A DNA stretch of 64,000 nucleotides, from positions 133,343 to 197,342 of the forward strand of contig MNVE01000016.1 in assembly GCA_001871475.1 (NCBI GenBank), written 5' to 3'. This document shows positions 1-10,100 of the stretch, piece by piece. A program made the position numbers and the translations under genes. This stretch comes from Candidatus Micrarchaeota archaeon CG1_02_47_40. GTDB lineage: Archaea > Micrarchaeota > Micrarchaeia > Anstonellales > CG1-02-47-40. The notes beneath the pieces are model-generated. The model saw nothing but the letters and a program-made list of their open reading frames with translations, searched no databases and was not told the DNA's origin. Position 1 is the stretch's first letter. Each line of letters begins with the position of its first letter.

Positions 1-148
1 GCACACCTTCCTCAAACACCACGTCAAAGGCGGAGAGGCGGTCTGTTGAAATCATGAGAAGGTTTGAGCCGTATTCGTATGTGTCGCGCACTTTTCCCTT
101 GCGGAAAAGCTTCAGTGCCAAATCGGTCTTTGTAATAATGCTTGCCAT
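1..148 (-). CDS. purC: Phosphoribosylaminoimidazolesuccinocarboxamide (SAICAR) synthase, 5' part only (runs off the window)
   Basis: Manual translation from ATG at 148: MASIITKTDLALKLFRKGKVRDTYEYGSNLLMISTDRLSAFDVVF. Contains the PurC motifs GKVRDxY and TDRLSAFD. Confidence 0.9.
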   Translation of the reverse strand, partial: MASIITKTDLALKLFRKGKVRDTYEYGSNLLMISTDRLSAFDVVFEEGV

Positions 149-192
149 ATTTCTCCCCCAAGGTTAAATGAGAATTTGATAATTAATAAATA

Positions 193-1056
193 CTACAGGC
201 AGGCTAAAAAGACACCAACCAGCCCAATTATGAAAGCTATTAGGGAGAGTTTCCTTGCCATTGAAAGGTTGTGGTGCGTGCGGGAGCGAAGCAGGCAGAG
301 TGCGATTCCCAAAACAGCGGTGTCGGCAGCCAGCACGAAAAGCATGGGAATAAGCGTGGGCTTTTTGTCAAATGAGAAGATGAGCAAGGTGGAGAGGATG
401 AACGCAAAATAGAAGAGGGAGGCTATTTTGAGGGAGTTTTCCGTGCCTATCACAAGAGGAAGCGTTTTTGAATTCCTTGCTTTTCTGTCCCCGAAAGCGT
501 CTTCTGCCGATTTTATTATCTCGCGCCCCATCCCCCCAAGGAAAGCTATTAAGGAGAGGGAAACCACTGCCGGGTGGAGTGTTGGAAACACCGCGAGGTT
601 TCCGAAAATGAACGGGATTGCCATTGAGGCTGAAATATACGCATTCCCAAGAAGGGGGAGGTCTTTGAGCCAGTAATTGTACATTATTGAGAGTGCGGCA
701 AAGCCAAGCGCTATTGCAAAGCAGACCGGGTTGAGGAAATATGCAAGAAGGATGCTTAGCGCGTATCCAAAAATTACGGTATAGATGGCCGTTTGTTTTG
801 AGATTTTCCCTCCTACAAGCGGCTTGTCAGTTCTTTTATTGAGCTTATCCGCCTTTATGTCAAGAAAATCATTTAAGGCAAAGGATGCCATTTCATGAAG
901 GAAGGGAACGAGAAGGGAGAGGATGATTACGGGTGAGAAAAGGTATACGCGCCGCAGGACTATGAATTCCGAAATCAATACTGCAAGTGCAAGCATTATT
1001 CCGTGCTCTACGCGGATTAGGCGCAGGAAGGCGTGCAGTTTTTCAGGGAATTTCAT
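193..1056 (-). CDS. UbiA-family prenyltransferase, probably digeranylgeranylglyceryl phosphate synthase
   Basis: Multi-TM protein with NDFLDIKADKLNKRTDKPLVGG and REIIKSAEDAFGD Asp-rich motifs, plus YNYWLK. ATG start at 1056 preferred over the GTG at 1071. Confidence 0.8.
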   Translation of the reverse strand: MKFPEKLHAFLRLIRVEHGIMLALAVLISEFIVLRRVYLFSPVIILSLLVPFLHEMASFALNDFLDIKADKLNKRTDKPLVGGKISKQTAIYTVIFGYALSILLAYFLNPVCFAIALGFAALSIMYNYWLKDLPLLGNAYISASMAIPFIFGNLAVFPTLHPAVVSLSLIAFLGGMGREIIKSAEDAFGDRKARNSKTLPLVIGTENSLKIASLFYFAFILSTLLIFSFDKKPTLIPMLFVLAADTAVLGIALCLLRSRTHHNLSMARKLSLIAFIIGLVGVFLACL

Positions 1057-1057
1057 A

Positions 1058-2299
1058 TTAAAAGTCACCAAGGGTGGTTTGCGAAAGTGCTTCTTCCTTT
1101 ACTTTTTTCTTTTCAAACTCTATCTTCCCGAACACCCCGTCAAAGCCCGGGGTTATTGAAAGCTCGCCTTTTTGCATCAGTATTACCGCCTCTGCAATCC
1201 TTGTGTGCGTGGCAAGCTTTAAATCCTCTTCCCCTGCATGCAAAACGGCAAATTCGCTGCCGAAATATTTTATCAGGCCCATATACTCCCCATGCACTGC
1301 CGCGGTGAATTCCCCTTTTTTGAGCACTTTTGCGATTATTTCCCGCAGGGGCACCAGTGATTCAAATGGGATGTGATTTTTTGGCACGTAACCCTCTTCC
1401 CTATCTGCCAACTCCTCCACCCTGTGCAATACCCCTATTGTAAGTGGCTTTTTGCATACAGGGCAGATATCCCCATACTTTTTGCTCTGCTTTGGAGTCA
1501 GGAGAATGTCGCAGTTGCGATGCCCGTCAGCGTGGTATTTTCCCTCTTCGGGAAAGAATTCGTACGTGCAGAGGAATTTCTTTTTGTCTTTTTCCTTTAT
1601 CGCCTGTGCGAGTGCGCCGTAAGTGAGTTCTTTCAAATCAAATATGTTCGCCTCCCTTCCGAGCTTTGCAGGGGAGTGCGCATCAGAGTTTGAAATCAGT
1701 GCGTATTTGTCAAGTGCGGAGACGCGCCAGTTCATTTTTGGATCAGAAGAGAGTCCAGTTTCCAGCGCATGTATGTGCATTTCCATATCTTCATAACATT
1801 CTTTTATTGAATCAAAACCCGAGTTTGAGCCGAATACGGAAAACCACGGGGTCCAGACGTGCGCCGGAATCACCATGTTTTTCTGCGAGATTTGCATCAC
1901 TATCTCCACAAGCTCGCTTGCTTCCATGCCGAAAGTCGGCCTTCCGTCAGCAAGAAGATTGCCCCTTTTTGCAAGCTGTTCGTTGATTTGCTTTGCAATC
2001 TCAAATGATGGGCAGAAAAGCACCTGATGCACCTTGCGCAGTTTCCCCCCCTTGTTGAAGATGTTTGAGACTTCTGCAGTAAGCATAAAGTTTACGCCGT
2101 TGTAAGTGTATATGCCATCATGAGAAGGAATGAGCTTTGCCTCAAGCTCATTAAGCCACTGCGGGTGGGTGAAATCCCCTGTGCCAAGAAGGTTTATTCC
2201 CTTTAATTTCGCCCACTCGCTCATTCCCTCTAAATTCATGTCGCGGCTTGTGGCACGGGAGTAATGCGAGTGCACGTGAAGGTCGGCGATGAGTTTCAT
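1058..2299 (-). CDS. PHP-domain nuclease, endonuclease Q (TIGR00375-like) family
   Basis: ADLHVHSHYS, GTGDFTHP, PAHVWTPWFS, ETGLSSD and SNSDAHS motifs, GKYH..GHRxC and CPVC Zn finger, C-terminal PGFDGVFG. Confidence 0.85.
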   Translation of the reverse strand: MKLIADLHVHSHYSRATSRDMNLEGMSEWAKLKGINLLGTGDFTHPQWLNELEAKLIPSHDGIYTYNGVNFMLTAEVSNIFNKGGKLRKVHQVLFCPSFEIAKQINEQLAKRGNLLADGRPTFGMEASELVEIVMQISQKNMVIPAHVWTPWFSVFGSNSGFDSIKECYEDMEMHIHALETGLSSDPKMNWRVSALDKYALISNSDAHSPAKLGREANIFDLKELTYGALAQAIKEKDKKKFLCTYEFFPEEGKYHADGHRNCDILLTPKQSKKYGDICPVCKKPLTIGVLHRVEELADREEGYVPKNHIPFESLVPLREIIAKVLKKGEFTAAVHGEYMGLIKYFGSEFAVLHAGEEDLKLATHTRIAEAVILMQKGELSITPGFDGVFGKIEFEKKKVKEEALSQTTLGDF

Positions 2300-2330
2300 T
2301 GAGAGAAATTAGTGGAAAGAAAGAATAAAA

Positions 2331-2585
2331 CTACTTCCCCTTCCTTCCCTTCTCAATTTTCCCAATCAGCGCCTCAAACTCTTCCCTTGAAACCCTTCCA
2401 TCATCAGCCAGGCACTCTTTTTTCAGATGCTCAAAGAAAAAGTCCTTTTCCGCCTGGCTCAAATCAGATTTTCCAACCTCAACCGCGAGCTTCATCAGCT
2501 CCTCCTGCCCGGCAATGAAATCCGGGGGCGCGTTTATGGAAGCGATTGCGTCAAACTTCTTTTTCAGCTCTTCAATGGAGGACAT
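2331..2585 (-). CDS. Small charged hypothetical protein (84 aa)
   Basis: C-terminal part of the 2331..3086 ORF from ATG 2585 (MSSIEELKKKF...). The longer version overlaps dys antisense. TTTATATAAA lies just upstream (~2608-2617). Confidence 0.6.
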   Translation of the reverse strand: MSSIEELKKKFDAIASINAPPDFIAGQEELMKLAVEVGKSDLSQAEKDFFFEHLKKECLADDGRVSREEFEALIGKIEKGRKGK

Positions 2586-2721
2586 ATTTAGGGATTGGAA
2601 TGGAAGGTTTATATAAAGTATGCCGCGTTTTGCTTTTGGGGTTTTGCCAAGGGGAATTTGTTTTTTACAAAAATAAATTTCCGAATATGTTTTATACTTT
2701 GCTGATGAAAAATTTCCCAGT

Positions 2722-4035
2722 ATGCAAAACGAAAAATGCGGCACGGACAGGGACCCGAAAAAATTCTGCGACGGGCATTCTGATAATTTAGAGCCCCTTG
2801 AAAGCATTGATTTGGGAAAATGCGCTGATTTTGACCAGATGCTTTCTGCCATGTCAAAAACCGCCTTTGGAGGCAGGAATTTGGGGGAGGCGGCGGAAGT
2901 GCTTTGCGCGATGGCAAAGGATAAGGACTGCCTTGGCGTTGGCACTTTCGCGGGCGCGATGTCTGTGGCAAAAATGGGCGGGCTTCTCTGCGACATGGTG
3001 GATTCGGGAATGCTTGGGGTGGTGGTTAGCACCGGCGCGCTCATGGCGCACGGCTTTGTTGAAGCAGCAGGCATGAAGCACTTCAAATATAGGTTCGGGA
3101 AAATGGATGATGGGGAGCTTTACAAAAAAGGCTATGACAGAGTATATGACACGCTTGAGCTTGAGAAAAATTTGGATGATGCGGAAGTGCTGGTTGCGGA
3201 AGTGCTGGAAGGGTTCAAGTCGCGCCAGCAGCTCTGCTCGTGGAAAATCTGCCACGCGCTTGGAAAGAGGCTCTCTGAAAACTTTTCAGGAAAGGGGATA
3301 CTAAAAAGCACCTATGAGGCAAACATTCCAGTATTCATCCCGGCTTTTACCGATTCGGAGTTTGGGTTGGACTTTGGCATTTACAGAAGAAGGCAGAGAA
3401 TGAAGGGAAAACTGCCGCTTGTATTCAACCCATACCTTGATTTGGAGCTTTATACAAAATACTGCAGGCATGCGAAAAAGCTCGGGCTTTTTACAATAGG
3501 CGGCGGAGTTCCGAGGAACTGGGCGCAGCAGGTGGGACCTTATTTGGATATTATACAGAGCAGGATAGGGGAGGGAGGGGCGCTGAAGAGATTTGATTAT
3601 GCTTTACGCATCTGCCCGGAGCCGGTGCACTGGGGCGGCTTGTCCGGCTGCACTTATTCAGAAGGGGTTTCCTGGGGGAAATTCACCCCTGAAAATGAAG
3701 GGGGAAGATTTGCAGAGGTGCTCGCTGATGCCACAATCGCCTGGCCCATTCTCCTGAAAGGAGTCTTTCAGAGGCTGCAGAAGGAGGGGGTGAAGATTCC
3801 GCTTGAAAAAAACATACAAAAATTCAAGAAGGCGAGCATGGTTGATGATAATTGGGAGCCATCACTGAAAAAGAAAGAAGAAAGGAAAGATGGGGGGAAT
3901 GCAAAGGAAGGAATTAAGGCGGGAGAAGGAAGCGGGCTGAAGGAGAATGTGGAAGTTAAGGTTGATGAGGAGAACGGCAGGCTAAAGGGAGCGGAAGCCA
4001 AAGTGAAGGAGGGAGTTGGGGAAGGAAACGAATAA
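2722..4035 (+). CDS. dys: Deoxyhypusine synthase family protein with a charged low-complexity C-terminal tail
   Basis: VVSTGA, PAFTDSEFG, IGGGVPRNW and GGLSGCTYSEGVSWGK motifs, then DATIAWP. Confidence 0.85.
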   Translation: MQNEKCGTDRDPKKFCDGHSDNLEPLESIDLGKCADFDQMLSAMSKTAFGGRNLGEAAEVLCAMAKDKDCLGVGTFAGAMSVAKMGGLLCDMVDSGMLGVVVSTGALMAHGFVEAAGMKHFKYRFGKMDDGELYKKGYDRVYDTLELEKNLDDAEVLVAEVLEGFKSRQQLCSWKICHALGKRLSENFSGKGILKSTYEANIPVFIPAFTDSEFGLDFGIYRRRQRMKGKLPLVFNPYLDLELYTKYCRHAKKLGLFTIGGGVPRNWAQQVGPYLDIIQSRIGEGGALKRFDYALRICPEPVHWGGLSGCTYSEGVSWGKFTPENEGGRFAEVLADATIAWPILLKGVFQRLQKEGVKIPLEKNIQKFKKASMVDDNWEPSLKKKEERKDGGNAKEGIKAGEGSGLKENVEVKVDEENGRLKGAEAKVKEGVGEGNE

Positions 4036-4099
4036 AAGGAGAAAGAATCTGCAGAATTGTTTGGCGAATTTTTGATTTAAGAAAAAAAGGAAATGCAAA

Positions 4100-5182
4100 A
4101 TGGCAAATATTTTTGAGCGCCTTGGGAAGGGAGAAGGAGTATTTACAGATGAGGGAAAGCTGTCCCCCGATTACGTGCCGGTTGATGTGCTGTTTCGCGA
4201 GAGGGAGGTAAGGGAATTTGCTTTTTGCCTGCAGGGGTCTGCAAGAGGGGGAAAGGGGGAGCATTTGATTGCGACGGGACCTCCGGGAACCGGTAAAACT
4301 ACATGCGCAAAGCACGTTTTGGGGCAGCTTTCCGAATACAGCAAGAAAGCCGTGCCGATTTACATAAACTGCTGGGAATTTTCAACGCGCTATGCGATAT
4401 TCGGGGAGATTGCAAACCTTCTTGGGGAGGTTCTGCCGCGAAGGGGGATTGCCTCTGATGAAATGATGGGCAGGATAGTGCAGAATCTGAAAAGGGAGAA
4501 AAAATCGCTTATCGTTGTGCTTGATGAGGCGGACAGGCTGTTTTTGGAAAAGGAAGAGGGGATTTTGTACGATTTTGCGCGCGCGCCTGAAACGAGCAGA
4601 GTGAATGTTGGCATAATTGCCATTGCAAATAATAAGGAGGTATTTGCTAGAATGGATGCGCGCATAAGAAGCTCGCTTTGCGCAAAAATGATTGAATTTT
4701 TTCCGTATTCTCCTGTGCAGCTTAAGGAAATATTGAAAGCGAGGGCGAGAGTTGCATTCTTTCCCAATGCGCTTTCGGATGAGGTGGTTGATTTGTGCGC
4801 GGGAATTGGGGCGAAGAATGGAGGGGATGCGAGAATTGCGCTTTCAGTATTGCGCGGGGCGGGAAAGGAAGCTGAACGGGAAGGGGCAAGAAAAGTAACG
4901 CTTGAGCACGTGAAACGCGCAAAGGAAGGGGTTTTGGGAGGAATTGCAAAGAGGAAATTTCCCCTGCTTGATGGGAATTTACAGAAGGTATTTGAGTTTG
5001 TTGAAAAGAAGGGGGATGTTGATTCTGTAGAGATTTATGCTCATTTTGGTGCAAAGGAGGAAAGCGAAGAGAGAAAGATAAGGAAATGGATTGCCAAATT
5101 GGAGGAGCTGGGATTTCTGGAGGGTAAGGAGTTTGTGGATGGGGAGGGAAGAGGAAGGAGGATAAGAGTGACGGGAAAGTAA
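4100..5182 (+). CDS. cdc6: Orc1/Cdc6 replication initiator
   Basis: LSPDYVP..FRERE, Walker [13 protein letters not shown], Walker B VVLDEAD, GDARIAL, C-terminal winged helix. Confidence 0.9.
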   Translation: MANIFERLGKGEGVFTDEGKLSPDYVPVDVLFREREVREFAFCLQGSARGGKGEHLIATGPPGTGKTTCAKHVLGQLSEYSKKAVPIYINCWEFSTRYAIFGEIANLLGEVLPRRGIASDEMMGRIVQNLKREKKSLIVVLDEADRLFLEKEEGILYDFARAPETSRVNVGIIAIANNKEVFARMDARIRSSLCAKMIEFFPYSPVQLKEILKARARVAFFPNALSDEVVDLCAGIGAKNGGDARIALSVLRGAGKEAEREGARKVTLEHVKRAKEGVLGGIAKRKFPLLDGNLQKVFEFVEKKGDVDSVEIYAHFGAKEESEERKIRKWIAKLEELGFLEGKEFVDGEGRGRRIRVTGK

Positions 5183-5183
5183 G

Positions 5184-5489
5184 TCAGAAATATCCAAGCC
5201 ATTTTTCGTATTCCTTGTGCGTTCCTACGAAATAAACCATTTTTGTTTTCTTCTCCTCATCAATCTGCTTGTCCTGACGGACAAGTCTTGACGCTTGCGC
5301 GTCAATTTCATAGCATAGTTTATATTGCCCTATTTCGGAAACGAAAAACGGAGCACCTTTCTTCAGATGCCTTGCGGGAATCGGCTCGCAGTGCTGGAGT
5401 ATTTTGTTCACGACTCTTTTTTTCATTGCCGTGTCAAGCTTTGAGAAATATGCGTCCCATCCCTCGTGGAATTGGATTTGGTATGCCAT
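5184..5489 (-). CDS. RelE/ParE-superfamily toxin carrying a 14-aa in-frame palindromic insertion
   Basis: MAYQIQF..WD.YF.KLD, IGQYKLCYEI...MVYFVGTH pattern. Lies directly downstream of an RHH-type antitoxin gene. Confidence 0.7.
   Translation of the reverse strand: MAYQIQFHEGWDAYFSKLDTAMKKRVVNKILQHCEPIPARHLKKGAPFFVSEIGQYKLCYEIDAQASRLVRQDKQIDEEKKTKMVYFVGTHKEYEKWLGYF
5260..5306. repeat. Palindromic element type A (two hairpins) inside the RelE-like CDS
   Basis: CTTGTCC-tgac-GGACAAG-tc-TTGACGC-ttgc-GCGTCAA with TCAAT at 5260-5264 and 5302-5306 (42-bp period). Related copies at 45364-45405 and 46595-46637 in the opposite orientation. Confidence 0.85.
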
Positions 5490-5502
5490 TGGAAAGCACC
5501 AG

Positions 5503-5784
5503 TCAAAAGGCTTCCGGGTATTTTTTCCTTACTTCATTCAGGGTGAGCGTTCTTTTTCCGCCGCTCTTCAACTCCTCCTGCATCTTTTCCATCTTTGCCA
5601 CTGCAAGCTCATCCAGAATTTCTTCGTTTGATTTTACCACGTGGTAATCTTTCCCAAGCTCAAGGATGCCTGCCCGCACAGCTTCGGCTTTGGTTTTGAA
5701 AAAGCCCGCATCCAGAAGGCGATTTAGTACCTGTTCTACCGAACCCTCAAGATGCACGAATATGCCTGACATTGGAACCACCAT
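5503..5784 (-). CDS. Ribbon-helix-helix (CopG/ParD-like) antitoxin
   Basis: IFVHL...LNRLLDAGFFKTKAEAVRAGILEL RHH pattern and a C-terminal GKRTLTLNEV tail, upstream of the toxin. Confidence 0.7.
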   Translation of the reverse strand: MVVPMSGIFVHLEGSVEQVLNRLLDAGFFKTKAEAVRAGILELGKDYHVVKSNEEILDELAVAKMEKMQEELKSGGKRTLTLNEVRKKYPEAF

Positions 5785-5870
5785 AAGATATATGCATCAA
5801 ATCAATATATAAATATATCGTTTTTATATAGGCAAACCTTTTTATACTTCAAAAATGAAACAAGTGTTTC

Positions 5871-6572
5871 ATGGATGGAACAATCATTTTGAGAATAGAA
5901 CATGCGTTGCGTGAAAAGGACGCAATTGAGAGTATAATGCGCATGGCATTCACCTATCCCCAGACGGAGTTTTCCCTCTCGGAAATGGCGCAGGGGGCAA
6001 ATGTATCAAAGAGCACCGCAAGCAGAGCGCTCCAGCAGCTTGCCCTGGCTGGATTGGTAAAAATAACTGATTTAGGGGTTGTTTGGAGGATATCTGCAAA
6101 CAGGCGCTCCCCCGTTTATATAAGGGAGAAGATAGTTTACAACCTCTCGCTGATTTACCGCTCAAACTTGGTTGATTTTCTGGCTGCGCTCTTCAAATCT
6201 CCGCGCGCGCTTGTGCTTTTTGGAAGCTTTAGGAGGGGCGAGGATGTAAAAGATTCGGATATTGACATTGCAGTGGAGCTTGATTCCTTTGGGGAGACGA
6301 AAACTGCGGAACTTTCAAAAATAGAAGGATTGAGTCAAAAGCAGGTGTCGGATATAGTAAATGTTGAAAAAGTGATTGGAAGGAAGTTTGTGCTTACCGT
6401 ATTTGATAGAAAGAATGTGGATGCCAACCTCTTCAACGGCATAGCAAACGGGATAGTGCTGAATGGTTTTCTTGAGGCGGGGAAAGAAGCGGAAAGGGAA
6501 ATGGCGGAAAAAAGGGAAGGAGTGGAAAAAATAACTCCATTCTCACAGTCGGCAGGCAGGGAATATGGATAA
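5871..6572 (+). CDS. Winged-HTH plus minimal nucleotidyltransferase (MNT) antitoxin
   Basis: SLSEMAQGANVSKSTASRALQQL HTH and LFGSFRRGEDVKDSDIDIAV (GS-x10-DxD) motif. Confidence 0.85.
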   Translation: MDGTIILRIEHALREKDAIESIMRMAFTYPQTEFSLSEMAQGANVSKSTASRALQQLALAGLVKITDLGVVWRISANRRSPVYIREKIVYNLSLIYRSNLVDFLAALFKSPRALVLFGSFRRGEDVKDSDIDIAVELDSFGETKTAELSKIEGLSQKQVSDIVNVEKVIGRKFVLTVFDRKNVDANLFNGIANGIVLNGFLEAGKEAEREMAEKREGVEKITPFSQSAGREYG

Positions 6573-6975
6573 AAAAAGAATTGAAGAGCTTGAAAATGCA
6601 GGCGAGTTGCGAAGAAGAAGCCCTGACAAGGCACGGATACGTTCCATGCTGGAAGCGGCAAAGAGAACATCGGAGTATGTGTGCCGGCTTGAAATAAACG
6701 AGGAAAGCGCTGCTGTTGTATTCCGTGAGCTTTATGAATGCTTACGGCAGATTGGTGATGCACTGCTTTGGCGTTCTGGATGGGAGCCGCTAAAGCACAC
6801 AGCAAGCATTGAAGCACTCAAAGAGGAAGTAGGGTATGTGGATTATGAAAAGCTGGACAGGTTAAGGATTATTAGAAATAATGCAAACTATAGGGGATAT
6901 TCAGTAAGCGTGCAAAACGCGCTTGAGATAAAGGAGCTTTGGGAGAAATGGGGAAGAAGGATTGCAGAGAGATAG
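6565..6975 (+). CDS. HEPN-domain protein (partner of MNT)
   Basis: Overlaps the MNT stop. All-helical, with H-x-x-x-I and RIIRNNANY (R-x4-Y type) motifs. Confidence 0.75.
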   Translation: MDKKRIEELENAGELRRRSPDKARIRSMLEAAKRTSEYVCRLEINEESAAVVFRELYECLRQIGDALLWRSGWEPLKHTASIEALKEEVGYVDYEKLDRLRIIRNNANYRGYSVSVQNALEIKELWEKWGRRIAER

Positions 6976-7149
6976 GAAAGGGATTGGAGAAGGAAGATGG
7001 CAGAGGGGGGTTGGGATTAGGGAGCTTTGGGAGAAATGGGGAAGAAGTATAGAAAAGATGGGTAGGGAAGGGGTTATAAAATATTAAAGCCGAATAATGT
7101 AGGCGGGCGATTAGATGGATTTGCCTGCGCTTATTGCTCGGTTTGGAAG

Positions 7150-10100
7150 GTGGGACTTATGACAAAAAGCATTGAATTGAAGGTCGCAGAAGCCCTCCAG
7201 CAGGATGTTGGAAGAGGTATAGTCAGGATAGACTCTCGCGCACGGGAAGCGCTTGGGGTTTCTACCGGCGATATTGTTGAATTAAAGGGGAAGAGAAGCA
7301 CCGCTGCGATAGTATGGCAGGCGCACCCGCAGGATGAGGGGATGAGCATAGTGCGCATGGACGGGTACCTGCGCCAGAATACCGGAGTCGCTTTACAGGA
7401 CAGGATAATGGTGAAAAAGGCTGAAACCGTTGAAGCGAAAAAAGTGGTGCTTGCGCCAATGCAGCCCATAAAATACTCTCCTGGTTTCGATCAGTTTGTG
7501 CTAAAGAGGTTGATTGGAAGAGCTCTCACAAAAGGGGACATGATATTTGTCGGGGTGTTTGGCACTTCCTTTCCGCTGATTGCGGCGCTTGTGCAGCCCA
7601 GCGGCATGGCAATGATAACGGACAGGACGGAATTGGTGCTAAAGGAAGAGCCGATAAAGAAAACCGGCACCGGCCTGACGCTCTCTTATGAGGATGTGGG
7701 AGGCTTGAAGGAAGAGGTGCGAAAGATAAGGGAGATGGTGGAATTGCCCATGCGCCACCCGGAGCTTTTTGAGAAATTGGGAATAGAGGCGCCAAAGGGA
7801 GTGCTCATATACGGCCCGCCCGGAACGGGAAAAACACTGCTTGCAAAAGCTGTCGCAAGCGAGTCTGAAGCGAATTTTATACACATAGGCGGACCGGAGC
7901 TTGTCAGCAAGTTCGTAGGTGAGAGCGAGGAGAAGCTAAGGCAGCTCTTCAAGGATGCCGAGGAGAACGCGCCCTCAATAATATTCATGGATGAGCTGGA
8001 TGCGATTGCCCCAAAGAGAGAGGAGGTTACGGGTGAAGTGGAAAAGAGGATGGTGAGCCAATTGCTCACTTTAATGGATGGATTGAAAGCGCGCGGGCAG
8101 GTAATAGTTATCGGAGCGACCAACCGCGTGAATTCCATAGACCCGGCGCTGCGCCGCCCGGGACGGTTTGACCGCGAGATAGAGATTGGAGTGCCTGACA
8201 GGAAGAGCAGATTGGAGATTTTACAGATACATACCCGCGGAATGCCCCTTGAGAATGATGTGAATCTTGAGGAGCTTTCCGGAATCACCCACGGCTACAC
8301 CGGCGCTGATATTTCCTCCCTGACAAAGGAGGCGGCAATGAAAACCTTGCGAAGGATACTGCCGCAGATTAATTTGGAGCAGGACACTATACCTCCGGAG
8401 ATACTTGAAAATTTGCGCGTAACAAGAGAAGATTTCTTCAACGCACTGCGCGAAATCCTTCCCTCTGCGCTGCGTGAAGTGTTCCTTGAGAGGCCGAACG
8501 TGCACTGGGGAGACATGGGCGGGATGGAGAAGGTGAAGGAGGAAATGAAGGAGGCGATAGAATTGCCCCTAAAGCGGCCCGAGATTTTCTCGAAGTTTGG
8601 CATCCGCCCGATAAAAGGAATTTTATTAGTTGGCTTGCCTGGCACGGGAAAAACGATGATTGCAAAAGCGGTTGCCACCGAAACAGAAGCGAATTTCATT
8701 TCCATAAAGGGGCCTGAAGTGCTATGCCTTGCGCCGGGCACTCCGATATTCACTGACAATTGCGGACTGCGCGAGATTTCCGAATTTTATGAGAGAATAA
8801 AAGATAAGACAACTGTTGAAAGAGCCACGGATTCGCTGGAAGTAAGAAAACTCAATGAACCGGTATTCACTTTCGGAATAGGAAAGAACGGACAGATTGA
8901 AAAAACGAAAATAGAAAGAATGCATAGAGTATTTGTTCCGAAAAGCTATGAGATTGCGCTCTCAAACGGAACTGCCCTGACCGTTTCTGAAAACCAGCCG
9001 TTTTATGCCTATGCAGACGGAGAAATTAGATGGGTGAAAACATCGGAGCTCAAAGAAGGAAGCTGGATAGCGGTGCCTGCGCAAATTCCCGCGTTTGCGA
9101 AGGAAATGACAATTGCCCCTCCTTCCGACGAGCATCTTAGAATGGTGCAGGAAAATGAGGAATTTGCAGAAATGAGAGTATTCTCTGCAAGGGAAACGGC
9201 TAGACTTCCAAAAAAACTTAGCGAGGATTTGGCTGAATTCTTAGGGTGGTTCGTGGCAGAGGGAAACATCTCAAAGGAAGGAATAAGCATTGCGAACGCA
9301 GATAAAGAGAATAAAGGAAGGATAAAGAAATTGTTTGGACTTTTTGTGCCGGCGGAAAGAATAAGGGAGTATTCGGACAAGACGGTAGTTTATTCTACTC
9401 CGCTTGTGCATTATCTTGAAGGAATATTTGAAATGTTTTTGAGGAGAAAGAAATCGGGGATTATTGGCGTTCCTTCAATAATTTTCAAATCCGACTGTAG
9501 GAGGATTGCGCGCTTCTTAAGGGGAGCTTACCTTGGCGACGGACACCTTGGAAAAACAAAGGTGGAATACGGAACGATGAGCAAAAAACTGGCGCATGGA
9601 ATCACTTATCTGCTTTCAATACTTGGAATAAAATATAGGCGATGGGAAAGAAAAGACAGAATGTGGATGATTACGATATCCGGAAAAAAAGAGATTTCCG
9701 CATTCAAATCAGCAGTGTTCGGAGAAGAAGCTGGCAAAGTAAGAAGATATTACAATGCTCGCTATCACATTCCGGATGTAAGCGCTTTGCTGCGTGAAGC
9801 AAAAAGCGCTCTGAACCTCAAGTATGATAAAGAAATTCCAGAAGGCTTGTTTGAGGGCGTGTTAAGCGGAAGAAAGAGGTGCGGATTGATAAGATTGCAA
9901 AGAATGATGAGTTATTTGGAAAAATATGCAGATGAAAAATTCAGGAAAAGCAGATGCTGCGCCTCGCTGTCTCTTATGTCAAAGGGAACCCTTGCGTGGA
10001 TTAGAGTGGAAAAAAAGACAGCGGGAGGTCAGATGTGGATGTATGATCTTGAAACGGAAAATTCAAGCTTTATCGGAGGAGAGCTTCCGACCGTGCTCCA

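Noticed and set aside
2586-3086. N-terminal extensions of track ORFs (2331..3086, also 39257..40570 and 57608..59446)
   Set aside because: The extensions overlap opposite-strand genes or promoter regions. Internal ATG starts fit the family N-termini better.
4036-4099. Replication origin (ORB boxes) next to cdc6
   Set aside because: Only ~60 bp upstream, with no ORB-like TCCA-GAAAC/G-string motif. The downstream side abuts the RelE gene.
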